Part shown: positions 62,101 to 64,000 of the stretch, in pieces
Numbering within the stretch: position 1 is the stretch's first letter
How the letters are laid out: the number at the start of each line of letters is the position of its first letter
Assembly (NCBI RefSeq): GCF_018977255.1
Contig: NW_024704749.1
Span: forward strand, 16,864,001 to 16,928,000
DNA from: Callorhinchus milii
Taxonomy: Eukaryota
Reading direction: 5' to 3'
Length of the DNA stretch: 64,000 nt
The notes under the pieces: model-generated
Databases searched by the model: none
Seen by the model: only the letters and a program-made list of their open reading frames with translations
Told to the model about the DNA's origin: nothing
Translations under genes and position numbers: made by a program

Positions 62101-63554
62101 CGAAACTCCTTTAAGATAGAATATAGTGCTGCACTGTAAAATATACAGCCTGGCTCAGTTGGGAGTATTCTCGGAGTTTTTCCCAGTGTCCTGGCCATCA
62201 ATCCTCTAGATATCCACATGCCTCTGTTTATCTAGCAGTGATTATTATTGTGACAGGGAAATAGTTGCTTCTGAGATCTGTTTCAGCTCCTCATACCTCT
62301 AATAAGGTGCAGTTAATACTGTATGACATTTGAATATTTTCCTGTCTCCTGGAACTCCTGGTCAGTTTGTTTTGCAAAAGGAAATTCAGCCAAGAATCGA
62401 AGTAAGCAGACTTTGNTTTTTTCAAAAACTTTCATTATTCGCGTGAAGTTGCTGGAGGCACAGATGTTCCCTTGCAAACATATTCAGGGGTTTTCATACA
62501 ATAAGGTCTTCCTCTCAGTGGATTAAGTGGTGGAGCCAACACTCAGAATGAAAAGAAGACATACACAGCTGCAAGGCCAGATTAAATCATCAGCATGTGC
62601 CGAGTTAAGTAAAGTTCTGTAGCTGAGTGGGACACAGCTGTGCACAATTGGCTACCACGTTTCGCCCACTGATATACAGTCAATTAACTTTACAATATAT
62701 TCTGTGAAGCGCTTTGAGACGTCTGTTTCGCCTGTTCAGGTGGACATTAAAGATTTCCTGACCATATTCGAAAAGAGTAAGAGTTTCTCCCGGTGTCCTA
62801 ACCAACAAAATATTCCAAATGACCTGATGGTTTGCCTCGAATGCAGGATAATTGGAGCAGAGAAGTACACAAACATGCTATGTCGCAAGTTTTTCTGAAA
62901 ATGAAATACATAAAACAAGAAAAAGCATATCCCACAGTATTTTAACTGAGCTAGCTGACAATTAAAGCACAGCAACAATAACTCTGGATGTGCGTGTTTT
63001 CAGTAAGTGAACCACCTCCAAGAAAAACTGACTTTTTACAGAGGAACAAGCACCAGCTTTCAAAGGTCATGGAGCACATATCTTCCAACAATCACTTATC
63101 TGTTTCAATGAAATAATCATGCTGCAGGACAGCTCCACAGACCTCTGGGCCTCGACTCAAGTGGTGGAAAAACAACCTTTAAAGACTTCTGAAATGAAAC
63201 ACAAGAGCATTTGATTTACAGATGATTATTACATCTGTCATGAAATGTTGCATAACTACCCCCTCAATTACTGTCAGACATGATGAATGCAGTGTAATAA
63301 GAAGTAGTCTTTCGTCATTTCGGGGAGAGGGATGTTTCTATTTCTAAGTAAATGAGGATATCTGATATCCTTCAATGTCTTGCAAACGCAAAAGGCTGAG
63401 TTGCAGCAATCAATGTTTACACTATGAAGACACCAATAGCTGTGTAAGGGCTGCTTTCTACATCATGAAAGATGTTCCTAGGCCCTAATAAAAACATGCA
63501 AAAGCTTTAAAGTTGTAAAAAAAAAAGCAATTCTTCAATAAAGAACAATATCCA

Positions 63555-63782
63555 TTGGTGGCTGTGCCTTTAGCCACTGCACCCTGGCTCTATGGAGCAC
63601 TCTTCCTCTATCCCTCCACCATTATCCCCATCTTCAAGGTCGTGTGCCTGAAAACCTTCCTCTTCGATCCGTCACCTTCCCCTCCTCCCCCTGGGTCAGA
63701 GTCGTGCTCAGCCACTGTCAAGCGCTCTGGGATGCTACCCTGTGCGAAGGGTGCTATATAAATGCAAGTTGTTGTTGTTGCA
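63555..63782 (+). mobile_element. L2 LINE 3' fragment
   Basis: FK..LKTFLFD translation, agcgctctgggatgc...gggtgctatataaatgcaag(ttg)n tail. Confidence 0.7.
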
Positions 63783-64000
63783 GGTGTGAACTTCAACTCT
63801 TAGGTTGTGGGCAAGTCTACAAAATCTTTGTCCACTCAGTGCCAGCCTCCCCACGCGTCGCTGTTTGAATTTGAAGGAATGTTGGTAATCTTCCACCAGC
63901 TTTCCTCATAAATCTCCAAAAATAACACATGGAGAAGTTTAAAAAGCGGGCCTGAGAACTGACGTCAAAAGTTTTCTTTCAGAGTCCCATCAGCTCCAAA

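Noticed and set aside
3046-62720. Dispersed near-identical palindromic ~45-nt motif resembling CRISPR repeats or REP elements
   Set aside because: Irregular spacing, both orientations, embedded in longer SINE bodies in a spliced eukaryotic locus; no cas genes.

Overview
Eukaryotic (vertebrate) genomic DNA, most likely a cartilaginous fish and plausibly a holocephalan/chimaera, judging by the DeuSINE, L2 and CR1 repeat content and the compact introns. This taxon call is inference. Two multi-exon genes lie tail to tail. (1) GPSM1/AGS3 is on the + strand: 13 coding exons from 849 to 42168, all GT-AG and phase-consistent, giving 652 aa from MEASC with TPR repeats and four GoLoco motifs. Exon 1 is upstream of the window and the polyA signal is at about 43725. 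(2) A 16-exon gene I cannot name is on the - strand (58100 to 46340, about 824 aa) with a CpG-island promoter. It encodes a basic NLS-like tract, an atypical GATA-like finger (C-x2-C-x38-CNAC), two Cys-rich/HTH-like units and a long Q-rich tail. It has a probable GC-AG intron, a second candidate first exon, an overlapping uORF and a 1-nt frameshift in exon 8. The introns hold more than 40 fragments of tRNA-derived SINEs that share an L2-type 3' hairpin, plus L2/CR1 remnants, a Penelope-like palindrome and several repeat-free blocks that look like conserved enhancers. All gene models were built by eye; no database search was run.
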